A DNA stretch of 64,000 nucleotides from NCBI GenBank assembly GCA_000002435.2, contig CM018789.1; one strand, given 5' to 3'. Under the pieces are notes generated by a model that worked only from the letters and a program-made list of their open reading frames with translations, was not told the DNA's origin and did not search any database. The stretch is from Giardia intestinalis (Eukaryota). A program made the translations under genes and the position numbers. Positions 46,749-56,442 of the stretch are shown one piece after another (position 1 is the stretch's first letter; each line of letters begins with the position of its first letter).

Positions 46749-49700
46749 ATGCGTGCGAAGTCACTGTCACATCACAAACGGCCTGTTTCTGTGTTGAGCA
46801 CTCGAAGTGTGTCGCGCGCACCTCGCAGATTAGTGCGGGGCAGAGATCGCGATCCAAATCAAGATTACGTTCGATCCTTGGTGGCCAATCTCGAGTGCAA
46901 GAATCCTCTCGAGCTGACCACGGCGATTCGAGAGCTAACAGATATTTATGTGTCTAACAAGTATTCAGAGGTCTTTTTCTCCCGCGACGTGCCTACTAAA
47001 GTCTTTAAAGCAACCCTCCAAAACAGTCACAACGCTAAGATATTTGCTCTTGGGAAAACGTTTTTAAAATGCTTCATGGAGTCTTGCGCCTCGCAGTCTT
47101 CTTATATATTTGCGAACCTCAGTATTGATTCTAAAGAATATAGTAGAACCAAGTGTCTAGATTCTCTTCTCAATTACATTATTTCACAGCTCAGTGATAG
47201 TGAAATGTTATATAGTATTTATTTCTATGTGCTTGTGGGGGACATAATCTCAACACATCACGCTTGTGTGCCATTCGTGCACACACTATCACCAATTCAC
47301 TTCATTCAGGTGTATCTCAACAAGGTGTGTAACAACCTCGATATGTGCTCGCAGACAACCAACTCTCTCTCCATTGTGCAGTTGAATCAAATACATAGGG
47401 GCCGCGGCAATGCCAAGGACGGTGACACCAGCGATGGTAACGAATCGACCAACTCCGGGATGACAGTAGCCTCCAGTCTTTCTCTCGACGAGGATTGCAC
47501 TATGCCTACGGTTTGTAAGCAGTTGGATGATGCGCTATCGGAGATCTCGTCAGCACGGAGCATTCTCTCTAACTTTGCTGAGACGGTGTTTAGTAATTCT
47601 GTTCCAGGACAAAAAAGAAAACTGCGAAAAGAGACCGCCTCATATGGCAAGCTTCCTTTGATTAATACTGTTCGCTCGGAGGGTAGCAGTATGGTGTCCG
47701 ACCGCTCATCCATCGAAATTAACAACAGTCAGCACTTGGACTCTGATGATAACGAGGAAGAAAGTGGCTATTATTCTCAGTCTAACAATGGTGACTCTAA
47801 TACCAACTTAAATAGTGACAGATCAAGAGACTTTGGCGAGGATTTGTTCGACGAAAACGATAGGGAGGAGCGACAACCCACTCCACTTGACCACCAAGAA
47901 TCAGCAGTCTTTGTCTCACCACGTACCTGCAATCAAGAACCTAGTCTACACGGCACACAGGCATCCACTGAATTGGCTAAAGACTTACAAAAACAAAGTC
48001 ATGCAGGAGTGAAAGAGCCATCTCAAGATGTGAATATAAGAAATCACTCAAGGTCTTCTTGCAGCAGAAGCAGCGCGTCATTTTGTGAGAAGGATCGCTT
48101 GCTAGAGCTCCCAGCGCTAGGTGATTGCATTCCTGAGATCCCACAACCAGAGCATAAGGATGAGAGCGTCAGGGGACGACCACCTGTCACGAGAGGAGTC
48201 AAGGTCAGACTCCCCCCTATGGTGCATGACCAACGGAATACCTCGAAAGAAACTGGAGCTTACGACCCATTACTAAATGACGCGCTTACCCAGGAATCAT
48301 CTGCGTCTGCGATTCTAACGCCATTTAACTTGGGAACTATATCGGAGGCCAAAGTCTCGTCTGCCGAGCTACAGATGGTGCAAGGAGAAGAGGCTCAATC
48401 CGTCCTAGGCTCTGCAGTCCCCGTTCTTAACCTTCACTTGCCGTTAGCTGTCAATCCTGAACGAGATCCTGTTAATGAGAGCTCGTCTCCTGCACGGCAA
48501 GTGCTCACAACCGCGCGGCGACAGTCTAGGTATATGATTCACAGCACTCAAGCTGGTAAGGGGCGAACGAATGCTGTTGCCTATGGGCAAGCTTCACACA
48601 ACAGAGCCGTCGCTCCTGGGGTCAAGAATCGCTCCTCCTCAAACCTCCTCATCCCGCCTTCCACACCAAATGGAACTCTTTCTAACATCGGGGAGCCATT
48701 TTCTGGAGCAGCTCGTCAATTTTACCCGCAAAAGGACAAGTCTGCTGACTTTACACATGCGGAGCAAATTGAGAAGGTCGAAAGACGTGCAATCTGTGGC
48801 CCATTGGCTTTGGCATCTAAAACGAAACCTTGCAGGCCCTCTATCGTTCCGCTTCTATCACTGAGTTGTCCAGCTCAACAAGAGAAAGACCCTCCTGAAA
48901 TTACCACCCAATCAACACCAAAGCTTTCTCAACAAAAGTTTCCCGGTCTCAGTCTAGGATTATCCTTAGATTTGAAGTCTGTTCACAATCGGGAGAGTAC
49001 AGCACCTTCTATGAGTCATCGAGGACATCCAGGACGATTCGGTGACACAGATTCTCCTGCCACTGGTCAGTCCTACACCGGACTTAATCAGGAGACGGCC
49101 GATTTTGTGTTTGATAAGTATCTTCAGGTTCTTTCTGAACGGCGGAAGGGAATTCCGGAACTCGTGGATGTTGCTAACCGTATTGGCGAGTATACCTTTA
49201 TGCGGGACTATCCCCTGCTATGTTCTCTCAGTCGCGATAAAACCTATTCACACGGGTCCGCGAACTTAACAGCGCGTTCCACACACAGTAGCCTTTCAGT
49301 GTTGACTACATCTACTTCCCAAGCTGTTCAGGCGAATTACATCGTCAATCACCTCTATGTAACCCATAACTATTACACTTATTTAAAGGAACACAAAAGA
49401 CGATACCTTCTCTACAAGCTATTTGGTTCCACTCATACCAGGGATTTGTCTGACTATGAATTTAACTTCTCTATTATGTCAACCGAGCTTTTGCCCCTGG
49501 TGCGTCTTCAGAGAGTGGATCTATCTAGGGAGGATGTCATTCGCCTCGGTGTTAGCTATATTCTCTACCACTGCATCAGGAACCTTTCAAATATAACGCT
49601 GAGGTACTTCCCCAATATCCTGCCAAGCATATGCACAGACCTTATTTCACTGCATCAGCGTAAGACTGGCTTCATACCTGCAGTGGTTCTAGCGTTGTCA

Positions 49701-52700
49701 ACCCTCGTCAACCAAATACACAGCGCAAGCCAAACGCGCATAAGATCAGACTGGATGCGACTATTGTTTAAGATGTATAAGTATGCTAAGCTTACCTATG
49801 ACTACATAGATGTGGACACGGGGGAGTGTGTGCCTGAAAGTGAGCTGAATGTCTGCCACGGGGGCGTAGAAGTCACAACTGAAACTATGCAGGAAAACTT
49901 TCTAGTGGAGAACACTGTTTCCCCGGCAACAGGCCTGCCAAAGCGAAAGATTGGAAAGAGGCATGCAGTAACTCTTCCAGACGACATGTTCTTACTCCAA
50001 CGCCTCGAGGCTCAGCGGCGCATGTACTGCATAGATATGTATACTCTGTCTTTGCGGTTAAGTACTTTAGTATTGATGCCTTATTCCATCTCTGCTTGTG
50101 ATGATATCGCATGTTACTTGGCAGTCATTGCTGACCGGCTGGCCACTTCGCATGCAAACCCGATGGTGCGGGGGCTTGTGACAACGGCGCTTCTTCCATC
50201 GCTTCTAAAAGTCGTGGAACTCTTTCAGACAAGACGAATCAATTCTCGCCTTCACTATATTCTTATTGTCCAACGAATCCTTGAAGTTATGAGCCTGCTA
50301 GCGTCGGACTCTTTTGTTCGTGCCCCTAGCCTTGTGACATCCCCTGAGCCTCCGGTGGTTAGAGCATTGGTCAATAACAACGTCTGCTACACCACCGATC
50401 GATCAATGCAGAACATTGATAACATGCTGTGCGACGCGCTGGTGTTCAACGAGACTAATCTTAAGTGGCTAAGACGCTATAGCTGTCTGATTTTCCTAAA
50501 CACACGCATAAAGGATGAGCTCTCGGGAATGTATTACAGCAAGCCTCAGTGTCAGCACTCCTTTGAGGTCTACAAGATTAAGTTCTCCAAGTATATTATC
50601 ACCATGATTAGACTTCTCCGGTACCACTTCCTCAAGGTGGCTCAGCAGCTCTCCACAAACACAAAATTAGAGACCACAAAGATGTTCACTGCTGCAACTC
50701 ATAATAGCACCCACAGCTCTCACATCGCTTCGCGCCTGGTTGATAGTACGAGAAGGCAAAGCTTTAAGCTAGCAACGAGCTCGTTCCATGCTCCAATATA
50801 TATCACCAAATATGCCAATCTACCAGAGAATGACTATCCACGAGGATTGAAGGAGATTGCAGAGTACACTCAGGAGACACGGCTGAAGAATTTACCTATG
50901 ACTTCGCTGGCTACCTTGTGCACTCTAGAGAGCCATGCCAATATTTTCACAACGGCACGACTGGACCACATCCCCCTAACGCGCTGTGATGAAAGTCATC
51001 GTTTTAATGTGAAGGAGCTTCTCAGAAACAACGACTGCCACAGTATCATCGGCACATGGTCATTCTTATTTGACTTCGAAACAGGAGTTTTCCCACAGTA
51101 TCTTATGCTGGCCAAAAATGGCTCGGATGTTCAGGTTCAGACAGGTGGTGTCAACTTCTCCAAACACTTGGGGCTTTTTGACGATTCTGACCTTCTCAAG
51201 GCTATGCCAACCGCAGAGACGGTGGCAGAGGCCCGAACTCAGCACACGTCAGCAAAGGAGCTCCTGACAGAGCTTTCCAAAAATGCGCTCTCTGCACCTA
51301 CAAGCAGAAAGTCTGTCCTCTACGTCCTTTATACGCTCGCTGAGTTCTTCGCCATTGAAAACGTTGATCTTTATATAAAGCCTACAGACTTGCGAAAATT
51401 CATATCGTTTCATTACAAGTCGTTCTTGAAGCTGTACAACGACTGTGAGGTAGATCTGATTGAATGTATTTTAAGTACCAACAACAGCGTGAGTCTTCTC
51501 GACCTGTGCAATGGGCACCTCAATGTACTTTGCTCTCTCATTCAGATGGATTCTCCAAACACCCGGCAATATTTCTATGAACTTCGCATCATGCAATTTC
51601 TTATTCTGCAGCTGTCAGTCGACAATATTGATCAGAATAGTGGCTGGCAGAGAACAATTGCAGAAAGCGACGCTTCTACACTCCAGAAGATAAACCTTGC
51701 TAAGGCAGAGGCCGATAGAGAATGGGCTATAAAGGTGGCATCTGCACAAGCCCAAAAATTGCTACCTCCTATCTCTATGCCATATTTACGGTCTGATAAC
51801 CCCACAGCCACTCAAGATCAGGCCAAGAAACCTTCGGGAACCAGCCCCACCAAGACTAGTGTGTTCTTCAGCACACCGACACGTCCTTTGAAGCAAACTG
51901 CTCATAGTACCGGATCTCACATTCTAGCGAATAAGGATTATGAACTGGGTGATCTCAGAGCCAATGCTAACGCAGTATCTAGTATGATAGAGGAAGATGT
52001 GGAAGACAAGGTAGTAACTACCGTAAATGGGAGTCAGGAGTCCAAGAAGAGTGCTGCAACGTCACTTTCCACTAAGCCATCAGTGTCTGCAATCTTAACC
52101 CCTGGATTGGAAACCAAGCTGATCACAGACAACAGCTCCACAATGGACCTATTGGAAAAGTCAGAGATCACCGACTGCAACATCAGCGATCAGCTGCAAG
52201 CGACAGCAAAGCAAAAGCAACCAGTTGAGGTAATTAATGGAGATGCCATTCCATCTATAGACACTCTATTTGACTATCATGGATCTGCTGTCATACACCC
52301 CCTAAAGCTCCCCAGCACGGAATCTGAATTGATGGGCTCTCAGCAGTGTACTGACAGAAAAACACCATTAGAGGGCATCAAGCACAAGAGTAGTCTGGTG
52401 ATCACTGCAGTTCCAAAGCGCTCAACCCACATTTACGACGACGATGACAGCGATAGTTGTTGGGACGACGAGGCACAGAAACGCGGCATAGAGTTGCCAA
52501 AACGAGACTCTAAACAGCGGAGGGCTAACGAGCTGGAGCCACCTAAGGCTGATAAGCCCAGTGACGCCTACTCATCTCATGGAGACTCAAGTTTTAGTGA
52601 CTCTAGTGACCTACCACGAGCTCCTCCTGCCACTGTGCCCAAGACCTTCGGATTCACTCTCAAATTACCAGCCGTTAAGGTTTCAATCGATAAGCAGAAC

Positions 52701-55700
52701 GTAGTACTGGAAAAGGAGTCCAATTCTCAGAACATAGCTGGTGGCATTTCACAGTTTGAAGCCGCTGCCGATTCCCTAAACCCCAAATTCCATTTAGTTT
52801 TAGGGAATAGAATCGCAGCCAAACTAGAAACTGCACACTCTCTTCCACTAGCCACGGAAGGTTGCCAGGCTCCGGAGCCGGTTTTAGAAGTGGAGCAAAC
52901 AGATACTGAGGGTTTGAAACAGGGCAAGCAGAGGCAAAAGCAGCCAAAGGCAACCAAGTCAGTGCTTAAGAGGACCAAGTCCACCTTTTCTAGCAGTATC
53001 AGCCTGGCTGGCTTTACCTCTGAATTTGTTCGCGATACCGATGCGAAAAATAACAAGGAACAGCAGCGCTTTCTTACTCACAGCGCAACCGTGGCAAAGC
53101 TCAGTGCTCAAAATCGGCAGACGAGCACTGCCCAGGGTAGTCCAGACAAATGTCGCATCCAGCCGGTTTTACAGCATGGAGTACAGGATCCTCTCCTCGT
53201 TGCTCAAGAGTCGACGCTCTCCACGCTCTCCGGTTACAGAGACTTTGAGCATGGAAATCCATCAGAGCTGGAGGCCTCTGATCTTTTGGAGTACTCTCAG
53301 GCCAGCGCTTCAATAGAAAAGGCGCTTCACCGACCATTATATATCCACGAGGAGCTACACTATACTATTCTGCGAATTGTTTTGCTATTGATCATTGTCC
53401 CCGAGACTGGTACTCTCGATCCGATGTACTGTTCCCAGTTTCCAGCCAATGATGGCATGCCAAACATTCTATGGATCCTTCACCACCATCTTAATCATCC
53501 GAGAAACGAGAAATTCGCCCTTAGGTTAATATCTTCCGACATTTCACCTGCTGCTAAGCGTCTCTTACGCCTCACCTGCTATACTCTGTTTGACTCTACC
53601 TTGTATCCCATCAAGGACGCCACTAAGTTTTCACTCATGGCACAGGGTGCCTATGGATCTGTTTATTCTGGGAATGTATCGCTGGTTACAGAGGACAATC
53701 AGACCAACCAATCATTCCTGACTCCAGTAGCGGTCAAAATCCAGGACAGATCGAAGTCAATTTATGACCGGTGCGTCCTTCACGATATCTTTAACGAAAT
53801 AACTGTAATGGAACGGTTAGCCAATTATAGCGGAGTTAGTCGAATGTATGATTACGGAGTTACGAAGGATGGATACTACATCATCATGCACAAGTACGTT
53901 ACCAGTCTCAGGGATCTCCGTCTCAAACTCTTCGACGACCCAGCCACACTGCAATCCAACCAATTGCTGTATCATCCGGAGCCAAAGTATAAGCATCTGC
54001 CTATATACGGCCACGAACTGTCTTACATGAAGTACATCAGAATCTATCTTCTGATATTCATAAAATTCCTCCGACACCTTGAGTACCTACATACTGCTGG
54101 AGTCAATCACTATGATATAAAGGCCGACAACGTATTCTTTGATCCCAGAACAGTTCAGTGGTACTCTAAACTAGCTAGACTGGATGAAAATAGCAGGCCT
54201 GCCGGTACTGTTGACACTGGGACGCCTATTACAAAGATTTTCCTTGATAAGATCTTCACCGATTACCAGGCTGTACCATCGTACGAACTGCTTCCTTTTC
54301 GCATTGCAATAGCGGACTTTGGAGAGTCGATGGTCTTTTCAGATGAAGAGAGCTCCTACACACTCATCAATAAGGGGACAGAATATAATAAATCGCCAGA
54401 GATGCTGCTCTCGGCAAACATGGTAGCCCAAACCCGGTCTAACTTTGATCGGCGTCGTCCAAAGGGCGCTGGAAGCTCTTCAGACATCTGGTCTGCTGCA
54501 TGCTTCCTTTACGAGCTATTGACAGGTGACATCTTGTTCTTTGACTCTGACTGGATCCGCTTCTTTATCAGAGTCACGAAGGATAGCTATCAGAGCAACG
54601 TGCGAGCAAGGGCACGTGACAAGTCAGCTGCCCAATCATTTACATTTGATCATTCAGGCAAGTTTGCTCAGCTTTACAGGGGAGTTTCGCTTTCTCCAGA
54701 GAAGAAGGCCATGTTGGGGAACTGCCAGCCAATAATAGACCTTCTTGAGTTTTGCTTGGTACCAAACCCTACTCTGCGCCCCCAAATAAGAGACGTTATC
54801 GCCATGACCGAGCACATATTAAAGGTCTATTTTCCAGAAACCTACATGTATAAGCCCGAGTGTTACTATGTGGAGCCGGCGAAGGCGGAGCCATTCATCA
54901 GTAGCAGCTTTTGTTTCAGCATTATCGGAAGTGTTAATGACTGCCTGGTCAATCCTAGCGATGCCCTTGCACCAAAGCTTTCTATTGTCAAAAAGCAATG
55001 CGAACAATCCCCGAACTCTGTACAGAAGCAATTGGAGAGCCATGCTGCTATACCCAGCTACCTTCTTGCGACGGCTCAGCTCACTAGCCCTGTGTTGGGT
55101 CAACCCTGTGCCACGCTTCCTGTCAAAGTGATGCCTCCTGCCACTAATATTATAGATGGGTTTCTGTGGATAGGGTCTGTTTCCGTCTTGCGGCATGCAG
55201 AGCATCTTCTGGCATATAACGTTACGTCTGTGATTGATTGCCTAACGACCTCTCTAGAGCAGTCCATGGAGACCAAGCGAGTTATAGAAATGACCACTAT
55301 CCACTATTATAAGCTCCCCCTTGTTCTCACACAAATTATTAATCCCACGTCCAACAAGACGCTCTTTCTGGGTTCTCCTCGCGAAAGTACTCCGGGTTTA
55401 CCTAAGGCAGAGTTCCTGCGATACTCAGCCGCCCTGGACAGCGTGCTGGACTTCCTGCGCAGAACGGTCACCCATGGAGGCAGGTGCCTGCTTTACGACG
55501 AGAACGGTACCGGCCTCTCTGCTGCAGTGGCAATAGCCATGCTCGTGGAATTTAGATCTCTGTCTCTGTTTGCTGCTTACCTCCACGTCAGGAACCTCAG
55601 GCCTCACATTGCACCTCCCCTTCCGTTCTTAGATTTCCTGCACTACTGGTTCTTATTCAGAGTTCGACCAGGAATTAAGAACAAAGACTTTCTCTATGCG

Positions 55701-56291
55701 AACTCTTCGTACTTCAGACAAATTCTTTTCAAGCCTACACCGACATTTGAGCAACTTATTAATCTAAGGATCAGTAAGGCGCGATATCAGTGTCTTTGTG
55801 GCAAGATCTTCTTTATAGTCAAGCCAGACGTGAAGCGGATGCCGACATTTGTGCTTTGCAACTGTGCATATACACCGCAGCTTTCCAAGGACTCCCCAGG
55901 AACACCTGGAAAGGCCCTGAGCCAACCAGCCTGTCCTACTCTATCGTGCCGATCCATAATCAATCTATTCATGTCTATTTACGGATTGCGTCTCGGACGA
56001 ATCCTTTGGGCCTTTCTTCCTGCTCGAGACGTTGTCTCTAATTGGAAGACAGACACGATGGGAATAAGGAACATTCCCTCAACACCCCACGCCATCGAGA
56101 GAGCCTCAGCAGACATGTATAACAAGTTTACGGGCCTCGACAATATGCGCGCTCCAATCAATCGCATACCCCGACAGAGAAATTGGGAGCTCTATTACTG
56201 CAAGATTTGCGGGCTGGTGACCCATGCTGCTGATGCTTCCTCTCCAGATGCAGTACAGCTGGCTATTCTGGCAAACTTTTCCCCGAAGTGA
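46749..56291 (+). CDS. Giant multidomain protein (~3,180 aa). It has a long N-terminal S/N/T-rich and helical region, a C-terminal Ser/Thr protein kinase domain that looks catalytically competent, and a dual-specificity-phosphatase (DSP) fold lacking the catalytic Cys and Arg (pseudophosphatase).
   Basis: Kinase (about 53600-54800): LMAQGAYGSVYSG (Gly loop), VAVKIQD (Lys), LHTAGVNHYDIKADNVFF (catalytic loop with Asp), IADFGES (DFG), KSPEML (APE-like). DSP-like (about 55130-55560): IDGFLWIGSVSVLRHAEHLLAYNVTSVIDCL ... GGRCLLYDENGTGLSAAVAIAMLVEF. The signature VHCxAGxxRS reads LYDENGTGLS here, so Cys is Asp and Arg is Leu. The track start at 46731 is TTG; the first ATG is 46749, preceded by gagattaaaaaacta. 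Confidence 0.7.
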   Translation: MRAKSLSHHKRPVSVLSTRSVSRAPRRLVRGRDRDPNQDYVRSLVANLECKNPLELTTAIRELTDIYVSNKYSEVFFSRDVPTKVFKATLQNSHNAKIFALGKTFLKCFMESCASQSSYIFANLSIDSKEYSRTKCLDSLLNYIISQLSDSEMLYSIYFYVLVGDIISTHHACVPFVHTLSPIHFIQVYLNKVCNNLDMCSQTTNSLSIVQLNQIHRGRGNAKDGDTSDGNESTNSGMTVASSLSLDEDCTMPTVCKQLDDALSEISSARSILSNFAETVFSNSVPGQKRKLRKETASYGKLPLINTVRSEGSSMVSDRSSIEINNSQHLDSDDNEEESGYYSQSNNGDSNTNLNSDRSRDFGEDLFDENDREERQPTPLDHQESAVFVSPRTCNQEPSLHGTQASTELAKDLQKQSHAGVKEPSQDVNIRNHSRSSCSRSSASFCEKDRLLELPALGDCIPEIPQPEHKDESVRGRPPVTRGVKVRLPPMVHDQRNTSKETGAYDPLLNDALTQESSASAILTPFNLGTISEAKVSSAELQMVQGEEAQSVLGSAVPVLNLHLPLAVNPERDPVNESSSPARQVLTTARRQSRYMIHSTQAGKGRTNAVAYGQASHNRAVAPGVKNRSSSNLLIPPSTPNGTLSNIGEPFSGAARQFYPQKDKSADFTHAEQIEKVERRAICGPLALASKTKPCRPSIVPLLSLSCPAQQEKDPPEITTQSTPKLSQQKFPGLSLGLSLDLKSVHNRESTAPSMSHRGHPGRFGDTDSPATGQSYTGLNQETADFVFDKYLQVLSERRKGIPELVDVANRIGEYTFMRDYPLLCSLSRDKTYSHGSANLTARSTHSSLSVLTTSTSQAVQANYIVNHLYVTHNYYTYLKEHKRRYLLYKLFGSTHTRDLSDYEFNFSIMSTELLPLVRLQRVDLSREDVIRLGVSYILYHCIRNLSNITLRYFPNILPSICTDLISLHQRKTGFIPAVVLALSTLVNQIHSASQTRIRSDWMRLLFKMYKYAKLTYDYIDVDTGECVPESELNVCHGGVEVTTETMQENFLVENTVSPATGLPKRKIGKRHAVTLPDDMFLLQRLEAQRRMYCIDMYTLSLRLSTLVLMPYSISACDDIACYLAVIADRLATSHANPMVRGLVTTALLPSLLKVVELFQTRRINSRLHYILIVQRILEVMSLLASDSFVRAPSLVTSPEPPVVRALVNNNVCYTTDRSMQNIDNMLCDALVFNETNLKWLRRYSCLIFLNTRIKDELSGMYYSKPQCQHSFEVYKIKFSKYIITMIRLLRYHFLKVAQQLSTNTKLETTKMFTAATHNSTHSSHIASRLVDSTRRQSFKLATSSFHAPIYITKYANLPENDYPRGLKEIAEYTQETRLKNLPMTSLATLCTLESHANIFTTARLDHIPLTRCDESHRFNVKELLRNNDCHSIIGTWSFLFDFETGVFPQYLMLAKNGSDVQVQTGGVNFSKHLGLFDDSDLLKAMPTAETVAEARTQHTSAKELLTELSKNALSAPTSRKSVLYVLYTLAEFFAIENVDLYIKPTDLRKFISFHYKSFLKLYNDCEVDLIECILSTNNSVSLLDLCNGHLNVLCSLIQMDSPNTRQYFYELRIMQFLILQLSVDNIDQNSGWQRTIAESDASTLQKINLAKAEADREWAIKVASAQAQKLLPPISMPYLRSDNPTATQDQAKKPSGTSPTKTSVFFSTPTRPLKQTAHSTGSHILANKDYELGDLRANANAVSSMIEEDVEDKVVTTVNGSQESKKSAATSLSTKPSVSAILTPGLETKLITDNSSTMDLLEKSEITDCNISDQLQATAKQKQPVEVINGDAIPSIDTLFDYHGSAVIHPLKLPSTESELMGSQQCTDRKTPLEGIKHKSSLVITAVPKRSTHIYDDDDSDSCWDDEAQKRGIELPKRDSKQRRANELEPPKADKPSDAYSSHGDSSFSDSSDLPRAPPATVPKTFGFTLKLPAVKVSIDKQNVVLEKESNSQNIAGGISQFEAAADSLNPKFHLVLGNRIAAKLETAHSLPLATEGCQAPEPVLEVEQTDTEGLKQGKQRQKQPKATKSVLKRTKSTFSSSISLAGFTSEFVRDTDAKNNKEQQRFLTHSATVAKLSAQNRQTSTAQGSPDKCRIQPVLQHGVQDPLLVAQESTLSTLSGYRDFEHGNPSELEASDLLEYSQASASIEKALHRPLYIHEELHYTILRIVLLLIIVPETGTLDPMYCSQFPANDGMPNILWILHHHLNHPRNEKFALRLISSDISPAAKRLLRLTCYTLFDSTLYPIKDATKFSLMAQGAYGSVYSGNVSLVTEDNQTNQSFLTPVAVKIQDRSKSIYDRCVLHDIFNEITVMERLANYSGVSRMYDYGVTKDGYYIIMHKYVTSLRDLRLKLFDDPATLQSNQLLYHPEPKYKHLPIYGHELSYMKYIRIYLLIFIKFLRHLEYLHTAGVNHYDIKADNVFFDPRTVQWYSKLARLDENSRPAGTVDTGTPITKIFLDKIFTDYQAVPSYELLPFRIAIADFGESMVFSDEESSYTLINKGTEYNKSPEMLLSANMVAQTRSNFDRRRPKGAGSSSDIWSAACFLYELLTGDILFFDSDWIRFFIRVTKDSYQSNVRARARDKSAAQSFTFDHSGKFAQLYRGVSLSPEKKAMLGNCQPIIDLLEFCLVPNPTLRPQIRDVIAMTEHILKVYFPETYMYKPECYYVEPAKAEPFISSSFCFSIIGSVNDCLVNPSDALAPKLSIVKKQCEQSPNSVQKQLESHAAIPSYLLATAQLTSPVLGQPCATLPVKVMPPATNIIDGFLWIGSVSVLRHAEHLLAYNVTSVIDCLTTSLEQSMETKRVIEMTTIHYYKLPLVLTQIINPTSNKTLFLGSPRESTPGLPKAEFLRYSAALDSVLDFLRRTVTHGGRCLLYDENGTGLSAAVAIAMLVEFRSLSLFAAYLHVRNLRPHIAPPLPFLDFLHYWFLFRVRPGIKNKDFLYANSSYFRQILFKPTPTFEQLINLRISKARYQCLCGKIFFIVKPDVKRMPTFVLCNCAYTPQLSKDSPGTPGKALSQPACPTLSCRSIINLFMSIYGLRLGRILWAFLPARDVVSNWKTDTMGIRNIPSTPHAIERASADMYNKFTGLDNMRAPINRIPRQRNWELYYCKICGLVTHAADASSPDAVQLAILANFSPK

Positions 56292-56442
56292 CCATGATAA
56301 TAGACTGGCCCCACGCAGGTGTTCTATGACTTACTGAATGTTCTTTTGGGGTAAAATTTACAAAGATGAACAACAGAGTGCAAAAGTTAGAGGAAGACAA
56401 TGCAGGATTGCGGCGCGCTCTTTGAGCCCTACTGCTGCTAAT

